Source: Heterodontus francisci (taxonomy: Eukaryota). Taken from it: a stretch of 64,000 nt of DNA. Where the stretch lies: contig NW_027140485.1 in assembly GCF_036365525.1 (NCBI RefSeq), positions 930,001-994,000 of the forward strand. Reading direction: 5' to 3'. A program made the position numbers and the translations under genes. Under the pieces are notes generated by a model. The model saw only the letters and a program-made list of their open reading frames with translations. It searched no databases and was not told where the DNA came from. How positions within the stretch are numbered: position 1 is the stretch's first letter; each line of letters starts with the position of its first letter. Positions 1 through 13,400 of this stretch are shown here, one piece after another.

Positions 1-99
1 TGACTAAGTGTCATTGGAAGACACAATTGATGACATCATCCTCCACTTTACTGATGATTGAATAGAGAATGATAGGTTGTCAGATTAGAATTATTCTTT

Positions 100-905
100 T
101 GTTGTCGATGGGAGCTGTGTAGCAGAGAGGTCAATAACCAGGGGCAGAGATTTAAAGTAATTGGTAGAAGGATTCGAGGGGAGTTGAGGAGTAATCTTTT
201 CACCCAGAAGGTGCTTGGGATCTGGAGCCCACTGCCTGATAGGGTGGTCGAGGCAGAAACACTCATCACGTTTAAGAAGTACTTGGATGTGCACTTGGGA
301 TCTGTAACCTACAGGGCCACTGACCAATAGCTGGAAAGTGCGATTAGGCTAGAAAGCTCTTTTTCAGCCAGCACAGATATGATGGGCGGAATAGCCTCCT
401 TCTGTACTGTTAGTTCTCTATGTTTCAGTATGGGGGGCATGATCAAGAAGTTTGCGGATGACACAAAGATTGGCCGTGTGGTAGATAGCGAGGAGGATAG
501 CTGTAGGCTGCAGGAAGATATTGATGGTCTGGTCAGATGGATGAAAAGTGGCCTGCTGGCAACAGTTTCTGCCTTCATGTAAAATCCAGCCCAACGTTTA
601 CTCTCGTGGGGAACCTCGAATTTGGGGGCACAGTTTCAGAATAAGGGATCTCCCATTTAAGACAGAGATGAGGAGGAATTTCTTCTCTCAGAGGGTCATA
701 AATTCCCCCGAGAGCAGTGGAGGCTGGGTCATTGAATATATTCAAGGCTGAGTTAGACACATTTTTGATTGACAGGGGAGTCAAGGGTTATAGAGTTGAG
801 GCCACAATCAGCTCAGCCTTGATCATATTGAAAGGTGGAGTAGGCTTGAGTGAGCCGAATGGCCTACACCTGCTCCAATATCTTATGTTCTTATGTTCTC
901 ATGCT
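100..905 (+). mobile_element. Patchwork of CR1 LINE ORF2/3'-end fragments (duplicated at about 23350-24150)
   Basis: KFADDTKIGRVVDSEED, GHSFRIR..FKTEMRRNFFSQRV, and CR1 3' UTR motifs (GCCGAATGGCCT, TTATGTTCTTATG). Confidence 0.85.
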
Positions 906-1359
906 TCAACACTGCAAAGCAATTTACAAGAGGATTGTCATGAGCAGACAAAGCACAATGAAAGGTAACTGTGTGTTAATTCTCACTGTGTGAAGGAAAG
1001 CACAAAATGCTGCTTCTCATACACCATTTTCTTTCAGCAAGGTAGAATTTTTTTCTTCTCCCTTCTGATTGGTCCTTTTACTGCACAATGCCGTATATAA
1101 TAATCTCTATCTTAATTCTCAGTATCTTGTTTTATTCAGTGTGGATCCAGCAACCTTTAATCTTCATGTGATCACAGCTGCAGTTACAGTGTCTCTGTGG
1201 TAACTGTCACACTCTGGACCATTCTATTGGCAGGACTTTAAATTTCAGCCCCAAGGCCTTGCTTAATAATCTGGTGAGGTTTGAACACAATAACTGTTAC
1301 AGACTGATCTTTAACTCTTCCTGTCTCACTGTCTCTCTCATGTATCAACACGCCTTATA

Positions 1360-1575
1360 TTCTTCTTTGGCCTCCTTGTCTCGAGAGACAATGGGTAAGC
1401 GCCTGGAGGTGGTCAGTGGTTTGTGAAGCAGCGCCTGGAGTGGCTATAAAGGCCAATTCTAGAGTGACAGACTTTTCCACAGGTGCTGCAGATAAAATTG
1501 GTTGTTGGGGCTGTTACACAGTTGGCTCTCCCCTTGCACTTCGGTCTTTTTTCCTGCCAACTGCTAAGTCTCCCC
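1360..1575 (-). mobile_element. RTE-clade LINE 3' fragment (duplicate at about 24607-24822)
   Basis: Reverse complement matches the 3' end of the RTE copy at 31230-31437, including the C2H2-like CSTCGR..CHSRIGLYSH end and GAAGAA tail. Confidence 0.8.
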
Positions 1576-2176
1576 GGCTCTTCCCCAGTTCTCAGAGCAC
1601 TGATTCTGAATACAATAATGTATTCTGATACTCTTTCAGGATACTGCTTCCTTGTTGATTCATGTTTGCCAATGTTCCTTTATATTGCTTCTTCATTACC
1701 TCATTGTGTACCTACACATTCTGTATATCCTGTTTCTTCCTGTTAACCTGCCATGGCACCGATTCCGAGACATTCTATCAACCCTCACTTTCTTTGTGTT
1801 TTCAAGAGATTTTCCTTATATTTCCCATCTTTCTCAATCTGTAGTTCCTGTTTTTTTATTATTTGCAAACAACCTTTACTAGTTGTCCCAGTATTGTATC
1901 AATTAAATGTGAATCACTCACTTCACATAATCCGGTTCTCTGATTCAAGTTCATGTTTAACACAATAAGTACAACGTCAAAACATGCCTCGTTATTTAAT
2001 ATATCACTTGATTCACTTAGTTCTTGTCCATTAACACGTATTTTTTTGTGGGATTGTTGCAGTCCGGAACTGAAAGGACATCAAGTTTCAGCCCCAAACC
2101 TTGCTTAATAAATTGGTTAATCTACACATCTTTAACTCATGCTCCCTTACTCATGTATCATCACCATCCCACCAAT

Positions 2177-3010
2177 GGTGCAGCACTCCCTCAGTATTGA
2201 CCCTCCGACAGTGCAGCACTCCCTCAGTACTGACCCACCGACAGTGCAGCACTTCCTCAGTACTGACCCTCCGACAGTGCAGCACTCCCTCAGTACTGAC
2301 CCTCCGACAGTGCAGCACTCCCTCAGTACTGACCCACCGACAGTGCAGCACTTCCTCAGTACTGAACCTCCGACAGTGCAGCACTCCCTCAGTACTGACC
2401 CACCGACAGTGCAGCACTCCCTCAGTACTGACCCACCGACAGTGCAGCACTTCCTCAGTACTGAACCTCCGACAGTGCAGCACTCCTTCAGTACTGACCC
2501 TCTGACAGTGCAGCATTCCTTCAGTACTGACCCTCCGACAGTGCAGCACTCCTTCAGTACTGACCCTCTGACAGTGCAGCATTCCTTCAGTACTGACCCT
2601 CCGACAGTGCACCACTCCGTCAGTTCTGACCCTCCGACAGTGCAGCACTCCTTCAGTACTGACCCTCTGACAGTGCAGCACTCCTTCAGTACTGACCCTC
2701 CGACAGTGCAGCACTCCCTCAGTACTGACCCTCCAACAGTGCAGCACTCCCTCAGCACTGACCCTCCGACAGTGCAACACTCCTTCAGTACTGTCCCTCT
2801 GACACTGCAGCACTCCTTCAGTACTGACCCTCTGACAGTGCAGCACTCCTTCAGTACTGACCCTCCGACAGTGCAGCACTCCCTCAGTACTGACCCTCCG
2901 ACAGTGCAGCACTCCCTCAGTACTGACCCTCCGACAGTGCAACACTCCTTCAGTACTGTCCCTCTGACAGTGCAGCACTCCCTCTGTGCTGCCCCTCTGA
3001 CAGTGCGCTA
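2177..3010. repeat. 33-bp minisatellite (CAGTGCAGCACTCCCTCAGTACTGACCCTCCGA)n, about 25 units
   Basis: Direct tandem repeat that produces the TVQHSLSTDPP/ECCTVGGSVLR pseudo-ORFs. Confidence 0.95.
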
Positions 3011-3182
3011 TCCCTCAGTTTTGCGTACTATTTGACATAATTCTGCTCTACCTTCCCCTCCTTCCCTGATCCCCTCTATCCCTCCTCTACCATATCCCAC
3101 AATCTCGAACTGAACTCTATCCTATCCCTTCCATCACACTCCACTCTAGCTTTGATCTGATCTCAATCTTCCCTAAGCCAAT

Positions 3183-3505
3183 GGGCGGCACAGTGGGGCA
3201 GTGGTTAGCATCACAGCCTCACAGCTCCAGGGACCCGGGTTTGATTCTGGGTACTGTCTTTGCGGAGTTTGCAAGTTCTCCCTGTGACCGTGTGGGTTTT
3301 TGCTGGGTGCTCCGATTTCCTCCCACAGCCAAAGACTTGCAGGTTGATAGGTAAATTGGCCATTGTAATTTGCCCCTCGTGTAGGTAGGTGGTAGGGAAT
3401 ATGGGATAACTGTAGGGTTAGTATAAATGGGTGGTGGTTGGTCGACAGACTCGGTGGGCCGAAGGGCCTGTTTCAGTGCTGTATCTCTAAACAAAATAAA
3501 TAAAT
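3183..3505 (+). mobile_element. tRNA-derived V-SINE (HE1-like elasmobranch SINE)
   Basis: GGGCGGCACAGTGG..CAGTGGTTAGC A-box, B-box-like GGTTTGATTC, V-domain-like GGAGTTTGCA.GTTCTCCC..GGGTGCTCCG.TTTCCTCCCACA, CR1-like tail GGGCCGAAGGGCCTGT, and a TAAA tail. Confidence 0.85.
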
Positions 3506-4439
3506 CATCACTCACTTGGTGATGACTAGAATTGGTGTTGGACTCCATGGGCAACGTGATGGTTGATTGGCGAGTGGAGTAACAATGATACAATGGACAG
3601 GATTACATAAGAAATAGGAGCAGGAGTAGGCCATTCAGCCCCTCAAGCCTGCCCCGCCATTCAATAAGATCATGGCTGATCTGTCCCAGGCCTCAACTCC
3701 TCTTTCGGGCCTACTCTGCCTAACCCTTGGCTCCCCGAGATTTCAAAAATCTATCTACCTTCTCCTTAAATACTTTTAGTGACCTAACCTCCACAACTCT
3801 CTGAGGTAGAAATTTTACTGTGGGATTCAGGATCCCAACATCGGGATGAAATGGGATTCTGAGCCTGCCCTGACCGGCAGTGGGAATGGCCCAGCAATTT
3901 TCTCAGAGGGGGTTCCTAATTGGCTGCCTCTGGGTTCAGGTGTGATGTAGATACTGTTCGCCTACTGAGGAAATTTAAAAATTGAAAGGACAAAATTGGG
4001 AGTGAATTTTAGGAGGTCTCCAGATTGCTGGGATACATTGAATGTTTACATTAAAAATGATGTATTCAGGATCATTCTAAACACATTTATGTCTTACAGT
4101 TGATTGTTTTTCCTGGTTTTAGATTTTAAAAAATCTAAGTGACATTTAGGTTTTTGATGGATCACATTTCCACTGGGGAAGATGCTCACTGCTGTGATCA
4201 ATAATTGAAGGTGGGCCTGACAAGATGCACAGGACCCTCAAATAAAATATTCACCCCTTTAAATAATCCCCAGGTGCACTCCTGGCACCAGTGCATCTGC
4301 TGTATCTGATATGGCAGCTGGAAAGAGAGCACAACTCCTGCCCATTATACTGGGACCTTAATAGGTCAACAGCCTCATGTTAGGCTGGGGAAGTCAGATT
4401 GAAGGATATTGAGAGAAACTGGGACTGAAGGATATGGAG

Positions 4440-5601
4440 GGGGCCTTTGACAAGGTCCCTCATGGCAGACTGGTACAAAAGGTGAAGTCACACGGGATCA
4501 GAGGTGAGCTGGCAAGATGGATACAGAACTGGCTCAGTCATAAAAGACAGAGGGTAGCAGTGGAAGGTGCTTTTCTGAATGGAGGGCTGTGACTAGTAGT
4601 GTTCCGCAGGGATCAGTGCTGGGACCTTTGCTGTTTATAGTATATATAAATGATTTGGAGGAAAATGTAGCTGGTTTGATTAGCAAGTTTGGTGGAGTTG
4701 TGGATAGTGATGAGATTGTCAGAGGATACAGCAGGATATAGATCGGTTGGAGACTTGGGCGGAGAAATGGCAGATGGAGTTTAATCCGGACAAATGTGAG
4801 GTAATACATTTTGGAAGGTCTAATGCAGGTGGGAAGTATACAGTAAATGGCAGAACCCTTCGGAGTATTGACAGGCAGAGAGATCTGGGCGTACGGGTCC
4901 ACAGGTCACTGAAAGTGGCAACGCAGGTGGATAAGGTAGTCAAGAAGGCATACGGCATGCATGCCTTCATCGGTCGGGGCACAGAGTATAAAAATTGGCA
5001 AGTCATGCTACAGCTATACAGAACTTTAGTTAGGCCACACTTAGAATATTGCGTGCAATTCTGGTCGCCACACTACCAGAAGGACGTGGAGGCTTCGGAG
5101 AGGGTACAGAAGAGGTTTACCAGGATGTTGCCTGGTCTGGAGGGCATTAGCTATGAGGAGAGGTTGGATAAACTCGGATTGTTTTCACTGGAACGACGGA
5201 GGTGGAGGGGCGACATGATAGAGGTTTACAAAGTTATGAGCGGCATGGACAGAGTGGATAGTCAGAAGCTTTTTCCCAGAGTGGAAGAGTCAGTTACTAG
5301 GGGGATTAGGTTTAAGGTGCGAGGGGCAATGTTTAGAGGGGATCTGCGAGTCAAGTTCTTTACACAGAGGGTGGTGAGTGCCTGGAACTTGCTGCCGGGG
5401 GAGGTGATGGAAGCAGGTACAATAGCGACGTTTAAGAGGCATCTTGACAAATACATGAATAGGATGGGAATCGAGGGATACGGTCCCCGGAAGTGCAGAA
5501 GGTTTTAGTTTAGGCAGGCAACACGATTGGCGCAGGTTTGGAGGGCCGAATGGCCTGTTCCTGTGCTGTACTGTTCTTTGTTCTTTGTTCTTTGTTCTTT
5601 G
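4440..5601 (+). mobile_element. 5'-truncated CR1 LINE (RT C-terminal half + 3' UTR, (TTCTTTG)n tail)
   Basis: ORF 4747..5508 WQMEFNPDKC...VRPHLEYCVQFWSP. Inserted into a 24-bp array whose units flank both sides. Confidence 0.92.
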
Positions 5602-5602
5602 T

Positions 5603-5795
5603 TGAGAGAAACTGGGATTGAAGGATATGGAGAAACTGGGATTGAGGGATATGGAGAGAAACTGAGATTGAGGGATATGGAGAAACTGGGATTGAGGGAT
5701 ACGGAGAGAAACTGAGATTGAGGGATATGGAGAAACTGGGATTGAGGAATATTGAGAGAAGGTTGAACTGAGGGATATGGTAAAAAACTGGGATA
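5603..5795. repeat. About 24-26-bp minisatellite (GAGAAACTGGGATTGAGGGATATG)n
   Basis: About 8 degenerate units, with further units at 4395-4439 on the other side of the CR1. Confidence 0.85.
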
Positions 5796-6304
5796 GAGAG
5801 AGACAGTGATAAGGCGGGGGTAATCTATGAAAAATGGAGTGTCTTGTATCCAAGAGTTTCCAAATTTGAAGCTTTCTGTAACCATAGAAAATGGTGACCA
5901 TGATTCTTGAAGACCGTTTGCAGCCTCATTCTCAGTATCTGAATAAGGGACAAAAAGCTGAAGAGTTTAGGAAAACACTGTGTAATTCTTCTCATCCTTT
6001 AACCAAAGGCAAACTGCAGGGTCACATCTCTTGAGATGAGTGAACAGAGCCCAGAGTGGCAGTCAAGCCTGGGGCCTTCTGGTCTATATGGCTTTGTACT
6101 CCTGATGTGGGCAAACGAGAACTTTGTACAGCTGTAGCATAACCTCATTATATTCTAGCCCACTAGTTAGAAAGGCTACCATTCCATTCGACTGTCATTA
6201 TTTTTTGTACCCGACTGCTACATTTTATTGATCTGTGCACTTGCATTCAAAATCTCTTTGGAACCCCACTGCTCCTAGATTTTCACCATTTTAATAAATA
6301 TTGA

Positions 6305-9300
6305 ATCATAAAAATGGTTAGAGCACAGAATGAGGCCATTTGGACCATCATTTCCGTCCTGGCTTTCTGCAAGAGCAACTCACCTTGTCCCACTCCACCG
6401 CATCTTCCCCACAGACCTGCAATTTTTTCTATTAAGATAATTATCCAATTCCGTTATGAAAACCTTGATTGAATCTGACTCCACCACACTCTCAGGCAGA
6501 GCATTCCAGATCCTAAACACTCACTGAACCTGCTTCCACCACACTCTCAGACAGTGCATTCCAGATCCTAAACACTCACTGAACCTGCCTCCACCACACT
6601 CTCAGACAGTGTATTCCTGATCCTAAACACTCACTGAACCTGCCTCCACCACACTCTCAGACAGTGCATTCCAGATCCTAAACACTCACTGAACCTGCCT
6701 CCACCACACTCTCAGACAGTGCATTCCAGATCCTAAACACTCACTGAACCTGCCTCCACCACACTCTCAGACAGTGCATTCCAGATCCTAAACACACACT
6801 GAACCTGCCTCCACCACACTCTCAGACAGTGCATTTCAGATCCTAAACACACACTGAACCTGCCTCCACCACACTCTCAGACAGTGCATTTCAGATCCTA
6901 AACACACACTGAACCTGCCTCCACCACACTCTCAGACAGTGTATTCCAGATCCTAAACACTCACTGAACCTGCCTCCACCACACTCTCAGACAGTGCATT
7001 CCAGATCCTAAACACTCACTGAACCTGCCTCCACCACACTCTCAGACAGTGCATTTCAGATCCTAAACACACACTGAACCTGCCTCCACCACACTCTCAG
7101 ACAGTGCATTCCAGATCCTAAACACACACTGAACCTGCCTCCACCACACTCTCAGACAGTGCATTCCAGATCCTAAACACTCACTGAACCTGCTTCCACC
7201 ACACTCTCAGACAGTGCATTCCAGATCCTAAACACTCACTGAACCTGCTTCCACCACACTCTCAGACAGTGCATTCCAGATCCTAAACACTCACTGAACC
7301 TGCCTCCACCGCACTCTCAGACATTGCATTCCAGATCCTAAACACTCACTGAACCTGCCTCCACCACACTCTCAGACATTGCATTCCAGATCCTAAACAC
7401 TCACTGAACCTGCCTCCACCACACTCTCAGACATTGCATTCCAGATCCTAAACACTCACTGAACCTGCTTCCACCACACTCTCAGACAGTGCATTCCAGA
7501 TCCTAAACACTCACTGAACCTGCCTCCACCACACTCTCTGACAGTGCATTCCAGATCCTAAACACTCACTGAACCTGCCTCCACCACACTCTCAGACAGT
7601 GCATTCCAGATCCTAAACACTCACTGAACCTGCTTCCACCACACTCTCAGACAGTGCATTCCAGATCCTAAACACTCACTGAACCTGCTTCCACCACACT
7701 CTCAGACAGTGCATTCCAGATCCTAAACACTCACTGAACCTGCCTCCACCACACTCTCAGACAGTGCATTCCAGATCCTAAACACTCACTGAACCTGCCT
7801 CCACCACACTCTCAGACAGTGCATTCCAGATCCTAAACACTCACTGAACCTGCCTCCACCACACTCTCAGACAGTGCATTCCAGATCCTAAACACTCACT
7901 GAACCTGCCTCCACCACACTCTCTGACAGTGCATTCCAGATCCTAAACACTCACTGAACCTGCCTCCACCACACTCTCAGACAGTGCATTCCAGATCCTA
8001 AACACTCACTGAACCTGCTTCCACCACACTCTCAGACAGTGCATTCCAGATCCTAAACACTCACTGAACCTGCTTCCACCACACTCTCAGACAGTGCATT
8101 CCAGATCCTAAACGCTCACTGAACCTGCCTCCACCACACTCTCAGACAGTGCATTCCAGATCCTAAACACTCACTGAACCTGCCTCCACCACACTCTCAG
8201 GCCGTGCATTCCAGATCCTGAACACTCACTGAACCTGCCTCCACCACACTCTCAGACAGTGCATTCCAGATCCTAAACACACACTGAACCTGCCTCCACC
8301 ACACTCTCAGACATTGCATTCCAGATCCTAAACACTCGCTGAACCTGCCTCCACCACACTCTCAGACAGTGCATTCCAGATCCTAAACACTCGCTGAACC
8401 TGCCTCCACCACACTCTCAGACAGTGCATTCCAGATCCTAAACACTCACTGAACCTGCCTCCACCACACTCTCAGACAGTGCATTCCAGATCCTAAACAC
8501 TCACTGAACCTGCCTCCACCACACTCTCAGACAGTGCATTCCAGATCCTAAATACTCACTGAACCTGCCTCCACCACTCTCAGACCATCATTCCAGACCC
8601 GAAACACTCACTGAAGCTGCCTCCACCACACTCTCTGACAGTGCTTTCCAGATCCTAAACACTCACTGAACCTGCCTCCACCACACTCTCAGACAGTGCA
8701 TTCCAGATCCTAAACACTCACTGAACCTGCCTCCACCACACTCTCAGACAGTGCATTCCAGATCCTAAGCACTCACTGAACCTGCCTCCACCACACTCTC
8801 AGACAGTGCATTTCAGATCCTAAACACTCACTGAACCTGCCTCCACCACACTCTCAGACAGTGCATTCCAGATCCTAAACACTCACTGAACCTGCCTCCA
8901 CCACACTCTCAGACCATCATTCCAGATCCTAAACACTCACTGAACCTGCCTCCACCACACTCTCAGACAGTGCATTCCAGATCCTAAACACTCACTGAAC
9001 CTGCCTCCACCACACTCTCAGACAGTGCATTCCAGATCCTAAACACTCACTGAACCTGCCTCCACCACACTCTCAGACAGTGCATTCCAGATCCTAAACA
9101 CTCACTGAACCTGCCTCCACCACACTCTCAGACAGTGCATTCCAGATCCTAAGCACTCACTGAACCTGCCTCCACCACACTCTCAGACAGTGCATTCCAG
9201 ATCCTAAACACTCACTGAACCTGCCTCCACCACACTCTCAGACAGTGCATTCCAGATCCTAAACACTCACTGTGGAAAGAGGTTTTTCCTCATGTTGTTG

Positions 9301-10105
9301 TTGCTTCTTTTCCCAATCACTTTAAATCAGTGTCCTCTGGTTCTGGATCCTTTCACCAATGGCATCAGGTTTTCTCTATCTACCTTGTCCTGACCCCTCA
9401 TGATTTTATGACCTCTTATCAAATCTCCTCTTAATCCTCTCCTCCAAGGAGAACAGCCCAGTGTCTCTAATCTATCCATGTAACTAAAGTTCCTCATCCC
9501 TGGAACCATTCTCGCAAATCTTTTCTGCGTCTTTTCTAATTACTTAATATCCTTCCTAAAGTACGGTGCCCAGAGCTGGACACAATACTCCACTTGAGGT
9601 CAAACCACTGTTTTCTACAGGTTTATCATAACTTCCTTGTTCTTGTACTCTTTGCCGCTATTTATAAGTCCCAGGATCCTGAATGTTTTATTAACCTCTT
9701 TTTCAACCAACCATGCAACCTTCAGTAATTTGTGTACATACACCCCCAGATCCTTCTGCTCCTGCACCCCCTTTAGAATTGTATCTTTTATTTTTTATTG
9801 CCTCTGCTCATTCTTCCGATCAAAATGAATCATTTCACACTTTTCTGCATTAAATTTCATCTACCGTGTGGCCCCCCATTCCACCGGCCTGTCTATTGCC
9901 TCTTGGAGTTTATCAATATCCTCCTCACAGTTCACAATACTTCCAAGTTTTGTGCCATCTGCAAATTGTGCCTTGCACACCCAAGTCTCGGACATTAATA
10001 TATATTGAAAAAAACAGGGGTCCTAAACCAACCCTTAGTAAATCCCACTATATACCTTTCTCCAGTCCAACAAACAACCGTTCACCGCTTCTCTCTGTTT
10101 CGTGC
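6305..10105 (-). mobile_element. CR1 LINE 3' portion containing an internal tandem amplification
   Basis: Antisense CR1 3' UTR/ORF2 end at 6305-6470 continues at 9272 (ORF 9327..9509 RGDLI..GSRTRGH). Confidence 0.85.
6471..9271. repeat. 55-bp minisatellite (GAACCTGCCTCCACCACACTCTCAGACAGTGCATTCCAGATCCTAAACACTCACT)n, about 51 units
   Basis: Period 55 (e.g. 6581 to 6636), with very homogeneous units. Confidence 0.97.
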
Positions 10106-10480
10106 TGAGCAGGGACTGTCTTTATAGAGGAGATAGTTCAGGTACATTCCCATGAGGGGTAAAGGTATAGCAAACAAAATGAACAAACATTTTGCTTCTG
10201 TCTTCACTATAGAGGATACAAAAAACTTTCCAGAAATCGCTGTAAATCAGGAGGTGGAAGGAAGAGAGGAACTTGGTAAAATTACAATCACCAGGGAAGT
10301 GGTACCAGAAAACTGATGGAGCAGTGGGCTGACAAGTCCTGATGGACTTCATCCTAGGGTCTTAAAAGAAGTGGCTCGTGAGATAGTTGATGTGTTAAAT
10401 TTTCCAAAATTCCCTCGATTCGGGGAAGGTTCCATTAGATTGGAAAATAGCCAATGTGACTCCTTTATTCAAAAAGGGAG

Positions 10481-13400
10481 AATCACGGAATCACAGAATA
10501 ATACAGTTCAGAAGAGGCCCTTCGGCCCATCGAGTCTGCACCGATGAATTAAATCACCTGACCTGTCTACCTAATCCCATTTGCCAGCACTTGGCCCATA
10601 GCCTTGAATGTTATGACGTGCCAAGTGCTCATCCAGGTACTTTTTAAAGGATGTGAGGCAACCTGCCTCTACCACCCTCCCAGGCAGTGCATTCCAGACC
10701 GTCACCCCCTCTGGGTAAAAATGTTCTTCCTCAAATCCCCCTTCAACCTCCCGCCCCTCACCTTAAACCTGTGTCCCCTAGTAACTGACCCTTCAACTAA
10801 GGGGAACAGCTGCTCCCTATCCACCCTGTCCATGCCCCTCATTATCTTGTACACCTCGATCAGGTCACCCCTCAGTCTTCTCTGCTCCAGCGGAAACAAC
10901 CCAAGCCTATCCAACCTCTCTTCAGAGCTTAAATGCTCCATCCCAGGCAACATCCTGGTGAATCGCCTCTGCACCCCCTCCAATGCAATCACATCCTTCC
11001 TGTAATGTGGTGACCAGAATTGCACACAGTACTCCAGCTGTGGCCTTACCAAAGTTCTGTACAACTCCAACATGACCTCGATTGATAAAGGCAAGTGTCC
11101 CATTTGCCTTTTTCACCACCCTATTAACCTGCCCTTCTGCCTTCAGAGATCTATGGACAAACACGTCAAGGTCCCTTTGTTCCACGGAACTTCCCAGTGT
11201 CAGGCCATTCATTGAATACTTCCGTATCATATTACTCCTTCCAAAGAGTCACACCTTTCAGGGTTAAATTCCATCTGCCACTTTTCTGCCCATTTGACCA
11301 TCCCGTCTGTATCTTTCTGTAACCCATGACACTCAACCTCACTGTTAACCACTCGGCCAATCTTTGTGTCATCCGTGAACTTACTGATCCTACCCCCCAC
11401 ATAGTCAGCTATGTCGTTTATATAAATGACAAACATTAGGGGACCCAGCACAGATCCCTGTGGTACGCCACTGGACACTGGCTTCCAGTCACTAAAACAG
11501 CCGTCTGTCATCACTCTCTGTCTCCTACAGCTAAGCCAATTTTGAATCCACCTTATCAAGTTACCCTGTATCCCATGTACATTTGCTTTCTTGATAAGTC
11601 TCCCATGTGGGACTTTGTCAAAGGCTTTGCTGAAATCCATGTAAACTACATCAACTGCACTACCCTCATCTACACACCTGGTCACATGCTCAAAAAATTC
11701 AATCAAATTTGTTAGGCATCACCTCCCTCTGACAAAGCCATGCTGACTATTCCTAATCAAATTTTGCCTCTCCAAGTGGAGATAGATTCTCTCTTTCAGA
11801 ATTTTCTCCAATAGTTTCCCTACCACTGACGTGAGACTCACTGGTCTGTAGTTCCTTGGCTTATCTCTACAACCTTTCTTAAATAGTGGGACCACATTAG
11901 CTGTTCTCCAGTCCCCTGGCACCTCCCCCGTGGCCAGAGAGGAATTTAAAATTTGGGTCAGAGCCCCTGCAATCTCCACTCTCGCCTCCCACAGCATCCT
12001 GGGACACAAATCGTCCCGACCTGGAGATTTGTCCACTTTTAAGCCTTCCAAAACCTCCAATACCTTGTCACTCCCTATGACAATTTGCTCAAGAACCTCA
12101 CAGTCTCTCTCTCTGAGTTCCAAATCTACATCCTCATTCTCTTGGGTGAAGACAAAAGTGAAATATTCGTTCAACATCCTACCAATGTCCTCTGGCTCCA
12201 CCCACAGATTTCCCCCTTGGTCCCTGATGGGTCCTACTCTTTACCTGGTTATCCTCTTCCCATTGATATAGAATATCTTGGGATTTTCCCTACTTTTACC
12301 AGCCAGAGCTTTCTCATATCCCCACTTTGCTCTCCTAATTGCTTTTTTAAGCTCCATCCTACACTTTCTGTACTCCACCAATGCTTCCATTGATTTGCTC
12401 TCCTTGTATTTACTGAAAGCCTCTCTTTTCCTTCTCATCGTACCCTGAATGTTTCTGTTCATCCATGGTTCTCTGCGCTTGTTGCTCCTACCTATTACCC
12501 GAGAGGGAACATGTTGGGCCTGTGCCCTCCCCATTTCCTTTTTGAATGCCCCCCACTGCTCCTCTGTAGATTTCCAGGCAAGTAACTCTTTCCAGTCTAC
12601 CTTGGCCAGATCCTGCCTTATTTTACTAAAATCCGCTCTCCCCTAATCCTAAACCTTTCTTTGCAACTTGTCTATTTCCTTCTCCATAACGAGCTTAAAT
12701 TGTACCATGTTGTGGTCGCGATCACCAAAATGCACCCCCACCAACACATCAACCACCTGTCCGGCTTCATTCCCCAGAATTAGGTCCAGCACTGCACCCT
12801 CTCTTGTTGGATCCTCCACATATTGAGCTAAAAATTTCTCCTATATACATTTTAAGAACTCCACTCCATCTAAGCCCTTAACACGATGACTACCCCAATT
12901 AATGTTGGGAAAGTTGAAATCACCTAATATTATTACCCTATTATTTTTACACACCTCTGCAAATTGCGCACAAATTTGGTCCTCAATTTCCCGCTGACTA
13001 TCTGGGGGTCTATAATAAACACCTAGCAATGTGGCTGTCCATTTTTTGTTCCTAAACTCTACCCATAAAGCTTCATTTGATGCCCCCTCCAAGATATCAT
13101 CTCTCCTTACTGCAGTAACTGACTCCTTAACTCATATTGCAATGCCCCCTCCTCTTTTATCCCCTCTGTCTCGCCTGAAGATTCTATATCCCGGGACATT
13201 GAGCTGCCAATCCTGCCCCTCCCTCAACCATGTCTCCGTGATGGCTACTATATCACAATTCCACATGTCAATCCTTGCCCTTAACTCATCCGTTTTACCT
13301 GTAATACTCCTGGCATTAAAGTAGAGACCATCCATCCTGGTCTTACTCCCTTGAAACTTACTTCCGCTGTATTCCCTCTGACTTGTTTGCTTTCCTGTGT

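Larger units (their letters stand above)
1..3965 (+). repeat. Segmental duplication copy A (left end beyond the window)
   Basis: Colinear with 23248-29303 (offset 23247 bp at the start). The ORF track is duplicated (48..269 vs 23295..23516, etc.). Confidence 0.95.

Noticed and set aside
1068-1171. ATTGG + TATATAA and hydrophobic mini-ORF MPYIIISILILSILFYSVWIQQPLIFM in the duplicated segment as a second leader or TM exon
   Set aside because: No good phase-1 donor (the GT is GC in copy B), an in-frame stop just upstream, and the TATA overlaps the ORF; insufficient support.
2101-3035. Long ORFs (TVQHSLSTDPP / ECCTVGGSVLR repeats), also at 25408-28758, 39721-40454 and 52003-52674
   Set aside because: Artefacts of a 33-bp (multiple of 3) minisatellite that is open in several frames on both strands; no splice or start context.
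6471-9271. CRISPR-like regular array
   Set aside because: Head-to-tail repeats with no unique spacers, no cas genes, and a eukaryotic context.
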